Positions 50,576 to 63,976 of a DNA stretch of 64,000 nt are shown one piece after another. The translations under genes and the position numbers were made by a program. The notes below the pieces were generated by a model. The model made no database searches and was not told where the DNA came from. It saw only the letters and a program-made list of their open reading frames with translations. Source of the stretch: Vicugna vicugna (Eukaryota); NCBI GenBank assembly GCA_013265495.1, contig MU061579.1, positions 3,035,319 to 3,099,318 on the forward strand, in the 5' to 3' direction. Within the stretch, counting starts at the first letter, position 1, and each line of letters opens with the position of its first letter.

Positions 50576-51774
50576 CTCATAATAGCAGATAAAACTCCTG
50601 TTGTCATTTCTAAATTCTATCATAAGAAAAGGAGAAAAGCAGAAAAAAGACATTCTCACTTCCTTAAAGGTATTTCCTGCATGTTAAAAAGAGGACCTTG
50701 AATGATATCTTATTGGCAAAATCTTAGTCACATTACCCCACCAACATGCAAGTTGAGCTAAGAAACATACTTTTTTATTCCTATTGAACATGGGCTCAAC
50801 TAAATCATTAGGGTTCTATTGATAGAGAAGAATGGGAGAAGAGATATTGGCTGTAACTGATATACTTCTCAACTTCAAAAATTAATAAACCTAATTTTTG
50901 GTTGCCAATTTTTAAAATCTGGTTTGTAGATGTATTATTTGTGTGTCAGACTCACCAGATTATGGGTGTAGTCTTACGGTATGTAATTCAGAAGATGTTT
51001 TTAGTTAGATTAAATATTTTGGTTAGACTAAGTATTCCTTGAGGGCAGAGAACACATTCTTTACTCCTGTATGTTTGTACATGTCCTAGAACAAGTACTT
51101 AGAGATTTCACAATTAAGATAAAAATATGCATGTAGGTATTTTACCAAGACATTAATTGGGAAATTTGAATTCAGGGCAATAAATATTTTTGAGTATCTA
51201 ATCAAAGTGCAAAATATCTTTATAGAAACTGTGGAAAATATAAAGGAAAAAGTGTGTGCCTTGTTTATGCTTTCTATTCTTTTTTGAGAAGCCTTTAAAT
51301 ACGTTGAAATGTAAATGTCTGGGAATAGCCAAGCTCTGTATAATGGGAAAATGCTTAAGCTATTAGAATGAGTTAAAGTCAATATATTTTTTTCTCTCAA
51401 TGTGTTTATCACATTTTTTAGGTTAGTTTAAAATTTTAATGAGAAATGCACAATAAGTGTGTAGCGCTCAGTGAATGTCTATAATTATCTGTATTTCTAG
51501 GATGGTCTTTACTTTTGTTCAACCTAAGTTCAGTAATTTGCATTAGCAAAAAAGATATCTTTTATTTTATCTTATAAGCAACTCCTCTGACTCAATAATC
51601 TACCAGATTATTATTTGCAACCCTTATTTGCAACCAATTCACTAAAATTACTATTATTTGTAAAAGTAGGAGAGAAATTGTTAGAAATTGTTGTTAGAAA
51701 TTCTTGCTTCATACTATGTTTTTTTAAAAAAGTACCTTATGATGCACATTTTCAAATTTTGAACTAATGAAACA

Positions 51775-52040
51775 GGTGCTGTAGTTTTAGAGTTGGAGGC
51801 AGGTATTATGACAGTTTGAAGTATCAAGGACATCAGTTCTGGATTCACTTAGACTGCTTGTTGCCATTTCTAACTCTGTTCGGTGTGACCTTGTCCACGG
51901 CGTGACTTTATCCTGCATCTAAAACTTAGCTTTCCTTCTTGACTGAGAAAGGGTTCTTGACTGCATAATGAAAGGATAAAAGGGTTAAAGTACATAAAGA
52001 ATTCAGCATGATGTCTTTGATAAATCCTTGCCATTATTAT
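51775..52040 (+). mobile_element. MIR SINE
   Basis: GAGGCAG...GTGTGACCTTG...TGACTT...AAAGTACATAAAGAATTCAGCATGATGTCT. Confidence 0.55.
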
Positions 52041-53025
52041 TATTATTATATCAATAACCTAGACAATGATCATTATAATTAATGCAAATTATATTAGGAA
52101 GCATGCCTAAGCTCTTGAACATTTATCTGCAGACTCACTGAAATAGCTTTGTCCTACTAAGCAGACATATGAGGGCACTCACTTATGCGAGCAAAGGCAA
52201 TTAACCAAGCATTCCAATTCTATTATAGAGTCTTAACATCCTTCATCAGAAATACTGGAGGAGGATATGCTCTCTTGATTTCTGAAAAAAAAAGGCATTC
52301 ATCCCATGCTTTCTTCAGAAGATTGATTGGGTGTGGATGCTTCATTTCCTTTAGAAGAGATCAAATTAGCAATTAACTAATTCACAGGTAGAAACAGCCT
52401 GAGTGCAATGAAAGCTTTCTAAGTTTTTACCTGGTGAAAAATTAGCAATTGCCACAATAATAGATGAGGTTAAATAAAAGGATTGCCCTGAATTAGAAAA
52501 AACATAATTATAAATATGTATTTTTAATAGGAATTAGGATGGGCTTGTTGTTTTGTAGGTTTTAAAATTCTGTTTGAAAGTACATTGGCTTCTAATTGTA
52601 ACATATAATTAAATGCATATGGAAAAGAAATTGTCATTGCGCTTATTAATAAGTGCTGAAAGAAACAGCAGCTTTTATTGTCATGTGATAAGAAAATTAC
52701 ACTGTAAGTTTCATTATTAGTCAAAACAACTCTCAAATTAAAAAAAGGGAGAAAGAGAAAAAAAGGAGAAAATAAGAAAAGAAAGCTTCTAAAGTTGACA
52801 GGAACTAAAAATGAGTGAATTTCTTGTTGATGAAAATTGAAGACAAAAATGTCCATAGCTGATTGTTGATACTGGAATTATAACATGGATAAAACGTAAT
52901 TTTGGTTAAATTCAAAACACATCTTTTGGTATGTATTTATGAAATAATTCTTTAAATTTAAAATGCTTAAGCTGTCTTTTGTGATTATTTTTCTTTCTCA
53001 TCGGCATCCCATATTTATTGTCTCC

Positions 53026-53393
53026 TGTTATGTTCTGAATATTTGTGTTATTCCAAAATCCAAATGTCGAAAGCCTGCCTTCAATGTGATGGTGTTAGGC
53101 GATGGGTCTTTGCGAGGTAATTAGGATCAGGTGAGGTTATGAGGATGCAGCCTTCATAAAGGGGATTAGTGCCTTTGTAAGAGTCAAGACAGCTTGCTTC
53201 CTGTCTCTGCTCTCTGCCACGGGAGAATATGAGATGTTGTCAGTCTGCAACCCGGGAGAGGACCCTCAGCAGGACCTGACCACGCTGGCACTCTGATCTG
53301 GGACCCCAGCCTCCAGAACTGTGAGAAATAAATTTCTGTTGTTTATAAGCCACCCAGGCTATGGTAGTTTGGTAAAGCAGCCTGAACTAAGAT
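53026..53393 (+). mobile_element. MLT1A/MST-type MaLR solo LTR
   Basis: TGTTATG start; AATGTGATGGT, GAGGTAATTAGG, GGGATTAGTGCC, CAGCCTCCAGAACTGTGAGAAATAAATTTCTGTTGTTTATAAGCCACCCAG, end AACTAAGA. Confidence 0.9.
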
Positions 53394-54924
53394 GACATCC
53401 TTTTTAAATGTTTAGCTTCTTTTGTCCTGATCCCCACTGAGTAAAGTCAATCCAGTCAATTAAATTCCTAAACCACATTTCTTAGCCAAGAGGTTCCCTC
53501 ATGTTCCCACATACTTGGAATTTTTTTTTCCTTTTTTTTTTTTGTGCTGTAAATCCTCCAACTTCCTTTCTTCTTAGTGTCTTTATTGTGGGATTAATTA
53601 TAATATTCTAATGAATCTTCCCAGATTTTTTTAAAGCCTTCAAAGTCTGTTACATGATATAAAGCTATAAAACCAAATAACTTCCTGCTGGCCTCTGCGT
53701 ATCCATTTCTCTAGGCTGAATAATGCTCTCAGTGGGATAAGAAAGTAAGCATCCAAGTAGGTCAGGGATTTCCTTACAAATAGCATTGCCATCTATTACT
53801 CCACTATAGAAAATAACAAGAGCATGTTTTTATCTGATTGTGAAGCCTTTGGCATCTTCTGTACACTTTCAAGGCTGCAGGCCACAGCAGAATAAGTTGC
53901 ATTAATCTCTTTAGGTTTAAGCTTATTTATCAAAAAGGAAGAAGGCTGTATGCTGAAGTCTTAGGTCAAGCCCTCTGCCTTCACAACTCTCTTCCACCTC
54001 CATACAACTAAGATGTGACTTCATAATGTCTTTACACACTGAATAATGCTTCACAGCTGTCTTACGATGGCAGAGCACAGTAAGACATTGTGTAAATGTT
54101 GAGAGAGATAATATCATTATTCCAGGTATGAATCCAGGAGCAAGAGTGTAGAAAGATTTAACCATCTTTTGGGAATTCAAAAAAAAAATAATAAGGCACA
54201 AATCTGGTTCACTGTTTAAAAAATATATGGCATGTATTTTATATATATGACATGTATTATATATATATACATATATATATAAAATATATAATATATAATT
54301 AGAGAGAATCCAAAATTCTTAGAGTAGACATGAGACAGTATGATCAAAATATTTTTTTGAAAAACTATTAACTGTTAAATTATGTTATCCTGAGGTCCTT
54401 TAGTGAATTCTAATCTCTTCTCTTGGGTAGTTCAATTCAGCTTCTCCAAGTGTAGGCAGTCGGAACTGATGGCAAACTTGTCAGAGGTCTGGTTGTCAAT
54501 GCTAATCAGATGGTGTGGTCTTAGACATATTTACCAAGTTTGCAAGGTTTATCCTTGTCAAATTGCTACCTTTTAAGACTCTCTCTGTCAGGACACCCGT
54601 CTACCTTGTCCCCAAGGCCAGCTCTAAATTAACTATCTCCCTATTCCTAGCCTTTCCTTCCTTTTCTCCATCTGTGTCTTTTGGCAAACATTTGTTAAAA
54701 CACACTGGGGGTACTTTCTACAATTAAAAATGATGAATAAAACAGAACTGCTACCTAGAACAACTGTGGCTAATGTGGTATACAGTCACAAGAACAATGT
54801 CTTATTGATTTCTAAGGACTAAGTGCTTTTGGACTCTAGAAAAAAATGAATCGCCAAATCTACTAAAGTGATGCGTGAGCATCAGAATTTATTCACAGAA
54901 AGTAGCTCAGTTATAGAAGGAGTT

Positions 54925-55135
54925 GGAATTAACTGTGAAGCTTGTTAAAAATGTAAATTTCTGGGCCCAACCTCAAAAGATTTTGAATATGTAGATGGAA
55001 CTCCGTAATCTGCATATTTAGCAAGTAATCTAGAGAACAGTAATAATAATAGCTAGCTCTTGATTGAAAGCTTATTAATAATAAACAGTACTCTGGATAG
55101 TCTACTGACCACAACTGGAGAGACACTGCCTTAAG
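54925..55135. mobile_element. MER5-type hAT-Charlie relic
   Basis: AGCTTGTTAAAAATG...TTCTGGGCCC...AATCTGCATATTTAGCAAG...GACCACA...GAGA...CACTG. Confidence 0.7.
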
Positions 55136-55729
55136 CACTGTCTTGTTTTTGTTCGGATGATGCCACCTACCTACTGGAGTTAAGAACCACGCAGAAATAC
55201 AGGGACGGGCATGTAGAAAAGTGTCTTCTCAGCACACTATTGTCACAGTGAGGTTAAGTACATACCACCTCTAATTTCAGCCATTTGTAATAGCAGTGAT
55301 TTATTCTCCTAGATCTCTGCTGGTCTCATCCTGCCAGCTCTGCTTTGGGCTGCAGCACTGCGACTCCACAAGTCTTTATTTGAAGGACCCAACTTAAAAG
55401 CGAGTAGCTACCTAATGAAAGCTCCAAGTTCTCACAGGAACTGTCTGAGGCTCAAGGGACAAACACAATTACAACTTTATCAGGTGAGCCACCATGCCAT
55501 CAGCCAAAGCAAGTCAAATGACCAAGGCCAGTATCTCTAGGGTGGTGTATGTGTCGGGTTCAGTTAGCAGTCAGAATCCACATTAGTTATTCAAAGATAA
55601 TTTAGTAAAGACTTGCTCACAATGTATAAAGATATTAACTGGAGAACAGAAAATTATCACACCTATGTCTAAGAGAACAAAGAGAGGAGTTTCAAATAAT
55701 TAAAACATATAAATATAGATGAGGAGGCT

Positions 55730-56110
55730 TGTTATGGGCTGAACTGGGTTTTCCCAAAATTCACTGGTTAAAGCCTAACTCCCAGTGTGACCATCTGAAG
55801 ACAGGGCCTTCAAGTAGGTAATTATGGTTAGATGAGTTCCTAAGGGTGGAGCCCTAATTCAGAAAGTCTAGTGTCCTTATAAGAAGAGAAAGAGACACCA
55901 GGAATGTGTGTGCACAGAGGAAAGGTCACAAGAGTACACAGCAAGAAGATGGCTGTCTGCAAGCCAAGGAAAGAGGCCTCAGGAGAAACCCATCCATTCA
56001 GCCCCTTCCTACTGGATTTCTAGCTTCCAAATCTGTGAGCAAATACATACAATTGTGTTGAAGTCACCCAGTTTATGATATTTTGTTATGGCAGCCTGAA
56101 CAGACCAACA
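55730..56110 (+). mobile_element. MLT1A0-like MaLR solo LTR
   Basis: TGTTATGGGCTGAA...GTGTCCTTATAAGAAGAG...TCTGCAAGCCAAGG...GAGGCCTCAGGAGAAACC...TTTTGTTATGGCAGCC. Confidence 0.9.
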
Positions 56111-57369
56111 AAGCCTATGGAATTGAAATTCAGGCTTCTGAGGAGGGAGTCTTGCCCATCTGAATTCTGAGGAGAAGTTCCTTGGGCATGTGACACACCA
56201 TTTCCAAAGATGGGTAAAATCCTAATAACAACAAAAAAGGTTTATTTTTTAGAAACGCGTAACATGAAATTATTCTGAAATATTGATTTTTTTGAAGTTG
56301 TTCTAATAATAGTTCCCCTGAATGTGTGAATTCATTTGAAAATTACAGTCAATAATTATTTAATTTAGAAATAAATAATGCATTTTTGTTTTGCCCAAAG
56401 AAACTAAGTTGATTGACATCAAAATACAATAAATAAAAGAACAGAGAATGAAAAAACAATAAGAATATTAATAAGATTTATTTTTACATAGGAACATCTA
56501 ATACTTCAAATATTAATATTAACAACAGTTGGATATATCTTCCTTCTTAATAAGACAAATTGTAATAAAACAGGGGTGCAAATTAAGTGCAATGGGATGT
56601 TAAATGTTTTTTTAAAATTGTAGGTAACAAGATTTACTGATGATAAATACATCCAGGCTAAAGTAATAATAGGACCCAGTGGGATGATTTAAAGAAAGTC
56701 ACTCGAACACTCACTGTTCTCTGGCGGTGGACCCCTGCCAATAAATTGATAATCCACCAAAATAACAATAGTTTACATCTGGGAAGTCTGCAAAGGAAGT
56801 CTACAAATAGTGTCCAAATATAATGTGAACAACTGTAAATTTTTGAGCAGTTGTAAAAATATGGTTTTAAAATTTCGTCACTTTAAAAAATTTAGAATCA
56901 CCATTAGCTACAGCACATCTTTTGGAGTTTTAGAAGAGTTTTATTCCTAGGTGTACAGGATTCCAAGAGTTGTAAATCATCAGGGTTAGCTGGAGTAAAT
57001 TATAAAGAATTTAAATAATTTACATAGAATCATTTACAAAAACAAATACAGATTAAACTTTAGACAACCCTGCTTATGCAAGTCCCTTGCCAACAATATT
57101 TACACCAGGTTAATTTCTTGTCTCCCAGCTACTGACACTTCACTGATTCGCCTCCTGACTCTCCCTACCCTCCTTTTCTGTTATTTTCCTCTCACCTCAT
57201 TTTCCATGGAGAAGGAGACAAATCTGTTTTTTTTTCCCCTACAAAGACTTCACATGCTCAATTTTGTTGTTTTGATTCCTGCCCACATCCAAACCATACA
57301 CAGAGTATGTTATCACCATGTATTTTACAACAAACACAATTCCTTTGCTTGAAAGAAATGATGGTGCTA

Positions 57370-57573
57370 GACAGTGGTATTCTGGAACCAGATCACACAG
57401 ATTTCATGGATGTCTTCCCAACTCAACATTCACTTTGGCAACTTTAAATCAGTGCCTGTACGAATGGATATGGGAGGGAGGGGGAAAGAAGGGCACTTAG
57501 ATAGTGGAAATGAGCACATCTGAGCTTTTTATTTCCTTTGGAGCATCAATTGTTCAACACATAGCAGCATTGT
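57370..57573. mobile_element. MER63-like hAT relic
   Basis: CAGTGGTATTCTGGAACCAG start and TTGTTCAACACATAGCAGCATTG end resemble recalled MER63 TIRs. Confidence 0.45.
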
Positions 57574-57634
57574 CCTGAGTTATTTGTTGTTACAAAATGA
57601 TATTAACAAGGATGATAGTATCATTTAACATTTA

Positions 57635-58060
57635 AAGGTTTATTATGGACTGATAGTCTAAGCTGTTTCTATGTCCTAAATCAATTAGTACCTGGAATAA
57701 TCATCTGGAGTAGGCAGTAGAATTATTCTTATTATGAGATAGTGATGATGATACTGACATCAGAGATGCTGGATCTCGTTTGAGATAATCCTTCTGGTAA
57801 GTGGTGGAGGAGAAGCATGAAATTTTGCCTCACCCAAAGTCTGAACCTGAGCTTAGGATATTGGAGTGGACATGTCTGGGAGTCAGAGACCTGAGTATAA
57901 ATCCCTGTATTCTTTCGTTTGCCCTTTGACCTTGGGCATTTTGTATTCTCCCATCTGAGACTAAGTTTCCCTAAAATTACAGAGACAAAGCCCTATCTTT
58001 CAGGATTGTTTGGAAAATGGTTTTGTAAGGTTATAAAGTATTTCATTCATCTACTATATG
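57635..58060. mobile_element. Two adjacent MIR fragments in opposite orientation
   Basis: About 57635-57850 antisense MIR-like; about 57860-58060 sense GGGAGTCAGAGACCTGAGT...TGACCTTGGGCA...TCTGAGACTAAGTTTCC. Confidence 0.55.
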
Positions 58061-58129
58061 TAATACATTTGAACGTTTTAGAGAAAATTTAAGTCAACTG
58101 TCTTTTCATTTATATATAGATAAATATAC

Positions 58130-58254
58130 ATAAATCTATATTTATATTATTGGTTCTGTTATATAGTAATATACACACACACACACACACACATATATAC
58201 ACACCACACATAAATACAATTAGTTCTGTTTCAGTGGAGAACCCTGACTAACAC
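58130..58254 (+). mobile_element. MLT2 (ERVL) LTR 3' end with (CA)n
   Basis: ATTAGTTCTGTTTCAGTGGAGAACCCTGACTAACACA preceded by a (CA)n/(TA)n tract. Confidence 0.75.
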
Positions 58255-58945
58255 ATTTCCTAAACAAATCTTTTCCAAGTTAAGTAACCACAAGCTTTTT
58301 ATTACTACATTGTGATGAATTTTAGTTTCTTCCTAAACTGTGTTAACTGGACACAATCCAGACTGTGTGCTTTTCATGAAATAATAAAATGTTTCAAGTG
58401 TCACCTTTTCTTTTTGTAAGAACCCCTAAAATGTCTCTGGCCCAGCAGCCACTTGGGGACGACATTGCTAACCTGCTACTATGTGCACAAAATATTTGGG
58501 TCCAAGAGTTGCTTAGCAAACCAGTGCTCTAGAAATCCTTCAAACGTGATTTATCATCGTAAGTATGCACTTAGAGTCATCTTCCAATCCACATGTAGCT
58601 ACCATTTTCATGAATTAGTGTTCTGTGCAAAAAGTATTAATAAGTGGATACTTCCCTATGTTTCAGTAGACCCACTAAGTGTTTCAGTATTTCCATATGT
58701 CTTCAGTGTGCAAAATATTTAAGAACACATGGATTCAGGATATATTTTTAGGCCACATGTCTTTAAAAAATTTTTTGAAATCCGTTTGTCTATTCAACTA
58801 TCTCTGTAGATACTGTATTTTCAGGTTTATCATTTTTATATTATCAAGTAGTGTTCTACCAATTTGACAGAGTAAAAGAACTTACATAACCCATGGCCCC
58901 AGCTTTTAAAAGGAAGATTCTAATTTGAGAGAACTATATACAGTC

Positions 58946-59290
58946 TGTTTTAGTCAGTTTGGGTTGCTATAACAAGATAACATAGACTGAATGGCTTAAA
59001 CAACAGAAATATTTTTCTCACAGCTCTGGAGATTGGGAAGTCCAAGTTCAAGGTGCCAGCTCATTTGATTCCTGGAGAGAACTCTCTTCCTGGTTCTCTC
59101 CTCACATAATCAAAGACACAAAAACAAGCTCTCTCATGTTTCTTCTTCTAAGAGCACTCATCTCATCATGAGAGCTCTACCCTCATGACCTAATTACCTC
59201 CCCAAGACCTCATCACCAAATACCAAAACACTGGAGGTTAGGTTTTTAACATATCAACTTTGGGGGCACACAAACATTCGGTCCATAGCA
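58946..59290 (-). mobile_element. MLT1A/MST-type MaLR solo LTR
   Basis: TGTTTTAGTC...GCTATAACAA...TGGCTTAAACAACAGAAAT...GGGAAGTCCAAG...CCCTCATGACCTAATTACCTCCC...AACATTCGGTCCATAGCA. Confidence 0.9.
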
Positions 59291-60299
59291 TTGTCTTTTC
59301 TCCAAAATTGCCTTCTTGATCAAAGTCATCAGGAGGCACTTTCAAGTAACTAACTGTACTTCTGCCATGTGATTATTGAAAGATATTTCAAATCAATCCT
59401 TAGTCATTATATTAAGATGAATGCTGCCATTAGTGCAGTTGTAAGACTCCTAAAATTCCTAATGTATTCCGGTGTTTCACTTCAGTTAGTATTTCCCCCA
59501 AACTTCACGCTTTTATTGTTCTCCTTATACATAAAATATAAAATGATGAATGTAGATTATGCCTATAACTGTCATTTTATTCACCATTTTACATTATTTT
59601 ATTTTCAGTTGGCAAAAGAAAAAAGTCTATTAGAGAATTAGGGATGGACTTCACGTAGAATCTAGAACAGTCAAAAACCTGAGAAATGCAGGTTAAGTGA
59701 CTTGTCCAAAGTCATAAATTACTTGTCAGTATCGAGTAGAATTCAGGTTTCTTGACTGCAAGTTCATTATCTTTCAATAGCCCCGGTATAATTAAATAAA
59801 TCCTGTGTACCAATATTAATTAGTTGGTAAGTTACTCAGTAGTTCACATCTACTTTTGGTGTGGCTTTGCTGGGAACTGAATATAGCCACAGAGACACTG
59901 AAATCCCCTTGAAAATAGCCATACATTTATTCTTTTCTTTTTTCTCTTATGTCACTGGGTAAGTGACTCAAACTTCAGTTTAAAATAGTAATATAAATGT
60001 GCTTATTAAAAGAATTACATTAAGTAGAAGAAATCCATTGGAAGGAAAAAGATGCAATAATTTATCTAACTGGAAAAAATGTTTTTAAAAACAGATATAA
60101 CAAAATGATAAATCATGATCTAGTTTGTTGTAACATGGTCTAAAAGTGAAATATTTTGATCTGATTTATGTAATCAAGACTTCAAAGTATTTTTTATGGT
60201 AACAGAGTGTAGTTTAAAAATAAAAGAAAATTAGGTTAAAAAGTGACATAGTAAGGAGATTTTTATTACATTTCCTAAAACCCACGAAAAATGATTAAA

Positions 60300-61875
60300 A
60301 AACACATTGATTATTAAGAAAAAGTATTTCTCAAAAAACTAAGTATGGAACACACCCAAGCTCTAGATTGTAAAAATTCAAAAGTTTCTGTTAGGAATGC
60401 ATGTATAGCATCTATCTTATCAATAAATCAGAACAGAAAAAATGAACTCCATGTAAGTGATAAAAACTTTGTGGTGTCTAATTAGGAATCAATGCTGACT
60501 TTCATTTAATGAAACAAGAACAGATGGATTCTTATTTAGTACGTGGATATACATAGATATATTATATGGATATAGATATATAAATAATTCAAAAGTCAGC
60601 TGCATTCTAAATGGAGAATCACTAAGCTTTTCCCATCAAAGTCAGGACAGTACAAGGATATCTATGCTGATCTTTGTTATTTAACATTCCTCTGGGAGTA
60701 CTAGTAAGACATTTTGATGTAAAAAAAAATAATGTACAAATAATGCACAGGAAAAAGCAAAATTAGCATTTTTTGCAGATGATAATATTGAATAACTGAA
60801 AAATACAAGAGAATGAGAGAGCTATTTTAAAATATGCAAATTCAGTAATGTTTGAGTAAAAGCATTATTATATAAAAACAATTGATTTTTAATATTTTTA
60901 AAATCATATAAAATTTGGAAAAGGGGGGAAATCTCAGTTTTATTAGAAAAAGAATAAAATGCTTAGGAATAAATTTACTAAAATGTGTGTGGGACATAAA
61001 TGGAGATAAATGTAAAACTCTACCAAAGGACAGGGAAAAAATTTGAATTCAGAAGTCATAATGAGCAAGATAAATGAATAAAATTACATAAAATATGTTC
61101 TTCATAGAAAAATAGATAAGATGTTGCAGAAGATGAATTTTAACTGGTGATACATTTTCAGGTCATATGACAAAGTGCTAATTTCTTGATCACATAAAGT
61201 GCTTTTATTTTAATCAAAATAGAAAAAATAGAAAAAACAGACAATTCATAGAATACAATAAACACATGCTCACTAAACATAGAAAACAATATTCAACATT
61301 ACTCAAGGAAATGCAAGATAACAGAACAATAAACTGCTGTTTTTACTTAGATTGACAAAGTTTGATACTACAACATTTGGAAGAGATTTTGACTGATGGA
61401 GTTATAAATCCATAGAATTTTTATACAATATTTTTGCAATATTTATAAAAAATTGAAATGCTAAACCAAGCAATCCCTTTCAGTGAATCAGTTTTGCAGA
61501 TAGTCTCATACAAATTTACAAAGATATATGCTATACAGATAAATTTAACTGCAACATTCTTTGTACAAAATAGCAAAAACATAAGAAAGTAGCATGATTG
61601 TCTACTTTAATGCTGGTTAACTAAACTATGGTAGACACATAAAATTGTATAAAATGCACCAGTTAAAAAGAAAGAGCTACATTCATATATGGTCTGAACT
61701 GTGGTCTAGTTAGTAGCTTTGTAGCAATAGAAACTTTGTGGTTTGGATAATATATTTGTTTAAATAGTGGTTGTGTAAGATGCTATCACTGGGAAAAGCT
61801 GAGTGAGTGCTAAAATTCTGTGTAGCATTTTTGCATCATATAAGTTTATAATAATGTGAAATAAAAAATTTTAAA
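60300..61875 (+). mobile_element. Ancient degenerate L1M (ORF2 RT region to 3' end)
   Basis: AAGCTTTTCCCATCAAAGTCAGGAC...ACAAGGAT, TTTGCAGATGATA (FADD-like motif), TTAGGAATAAATTTACTAAA, AACCAAGCAATCCC. Confidence 0.7.
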
Positions 61876-62099
61876 AGTCTACATGATCTGATATGGAAGG
61901 ATGAGCAATATGAGTTAGAGTATATATAATGTATATATAATCTACATATTAATATATCATATATATAAGTATGCATATATATTACATATACTGCATTTAT
62001 ATTCTGTTCTGGAGCAATGGTAAATCCTATTTGATGGCACCTAGATCTCAAATTTTCTCTAGAATTTTCATACATGATGTGACATCTATGAAAGATTTA

Positions 62100-63830
62100 C
62101 CAAACATTGCAGGGGAAGATAAACCCATGATTGGAAACCAGAAGATGAAAAGCAGACAACAGAGACAGACTCACAAGTGCCTGGAGTCTTCTAAGATATG
62201 TACATGGAATTAATACAAGATAAATGAAACTATACATAAAAAAATCAAATTATTGTAATTAAAAATACTTTTTCAGATTAAGGATTTAGTGAATAAGCTT
62301 AATAACATATTAATCATAGCTGAATAAATGATTAGCAAACTGGATGATAGATCAGAAAAAAACAAGGACTGAAACATGTTGAAAAATAATTTTAAAAATT
62401 CACAATTATCGTAAGTGACATAGTGAAGAAATTTACTTTATGGGAAATTTGAATACTGTGTACCTTGAGCAATGAAGAGAGAGAGAAAAAATAAGGTAGA
62501 GAGAAAGAGAGAGAATTAGAAGCAATATTTTAAAAGCTAATGGTGCAGACATTGTGGAAAACAGGATGGAGATTCCTCAAAAGACTGAAAATAGACTTAC
62601 CATGTGATCCAGCAGTCTCACTCCTGGGCATATATCTAGAGGGAACCTAAATTCAAAAAAGACACTTGCATCCCAATGTTCATAGCAGCACTGTTTACAA
62701 TAGCCAAGACATGGAAACAACCTAAATGTCCATTGACAGATGACTGGCTAAAGAAGTTATGGTGTATTTATACAATGAAATACTACTCAGCCATAAAAAA
62801 GAATAAAACAATGCCACTTGCAGCAACATGAATGGCCCTGAAGGATATCATTCTAAGTGAAGTAAGCCAGAAAAAGAAAGAAAAATACCATATGTTATCA
62901 CTCATATGTGGACTCTAAAAAAATAGACAAGAGAAATTATTCATAAAATAGAAATGGACTCACAGACATAGAAAACAAACTTATGGTTACCAGAGGGGAA
63001 GAGGGCAGGAAGGAATAAATTGGGAGTTCAAGATTTGCAGATACTGACTGGTATATATAAAATAGATAAACAAGTATATACTATATAGCACAGGGAACTA
63101 TATTTTATATCTTGTAGTAGCTTATAGTGAAAAAGAATATGAAAACAAATATATGTATATTCATGTATGGCTGAAGGACTGTGCTATACACCAGAAATTG
63201 ACACAACATTGTAAACTGACTATACTTCAATTTAAAAAAAAAGTTAAAAGCTAATGGGTGAAAATATTGAAATTGATGACATAGATTAAGCCATATGTTT
63301 AAAAAAAACTATAAACCCCAAGTGTGAAAATACACAAAAAACATGTACACTCAGGAAAATAGCAGTAAATTTGCTGAAAATTAAAGACAAAAAGAAAGCT
63401 TTTCAAAAAAAGAAGACAAAATAATAACTATCTATCTTCAACAAATCAGCCATGAGGCTGAAATCTCATTTAATAAACAGACTTAATGAAAAAGACACAT
63501 GAAATGAACTTTTTGCAGTTCTGAGAAAATACCTGCTGAACTAGAATTCTACAACCACAAAAATTTACATAAAATTGAAAGAAAAATAAAAACTTGTTTA
63601 TACACATATTGAAGGAAATTATCATTAATGAACACTGTAAATAATAATAAAATGAGTTTTTCAAGAAGAATGATTATAATGATCTTGGGTCAAACTACAG
63701 AAATGCAGGAAGAAATAAAGAGCAATACAGAGTGGTAAAAAATAAATCTAAGTAAATATTGATGCAATAATAGCAACTTACAGAGTTTATATCTACAATT
63801 TAAAGTGATGAGAACAACATAATGGTTTTA
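62100..63830 (+). mobile_element. Ancient L1M ORF1-region remnant, host of the younger L1 at 62544
   Basis: ATTAGCAAACTGGATGATAGATCAGAA, AACCCCAAG, AAATTTGCTGAAAATTAAAGACAAA, CTAGAATTCTACAACCA. Confidence 0.6.
62544..63245 (+). mobile_element. 5'-truncated younger LINE-1 with TSD
   Basis: ATGGAGATTCCTCAAAAGACT...AAAATAGACTTACCAT...GATCCAGC...ACCAGAAATTGACACAACATTGTAAACTGACTATACTTCAAT plus A-tail. TSD AAAAGCTAATGG at 62532-43 and 63246-57. Confidence 0.95.
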
Positions 63831-63834
63831 TGTT

Positions 63835-63976
63835 CTTTGCATCACCTTGAACGTTGTTAAAAGACTAATTAAAAATACAGATGAGAAAAGGAGTTAATAT
63901 CCAAAATATATAAAGGGCTCATACAATAGCCCTTTGCATCACCTTGAACGTTGTTAAAAGACTAATTAAAAATACA
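63835..63976. repeat. Perfect 45-bp direct repeat pair flanking a 52-bp insert
   Basis: CTTTGCATCACCTTGAACGTTGTTAAAAGACTAATTAAAAATACA at 63835-63879 and 63932-63976. Confidence 0.97.

Noticed and set aside
971..63664. ORF-track entries as protein-coding genes
   Set aside because: All are short (144 aa or less) and often overlap repeats or low-complexity DNA. None resembles a protein I recognise apart from L1 remnants.
63835..63976. Repeat-spacer-repeat as a CRISPR mini-array
   Set aside because: The context is mammalian, there are only two repeats and no cas genes, and the spacer is L1-like.
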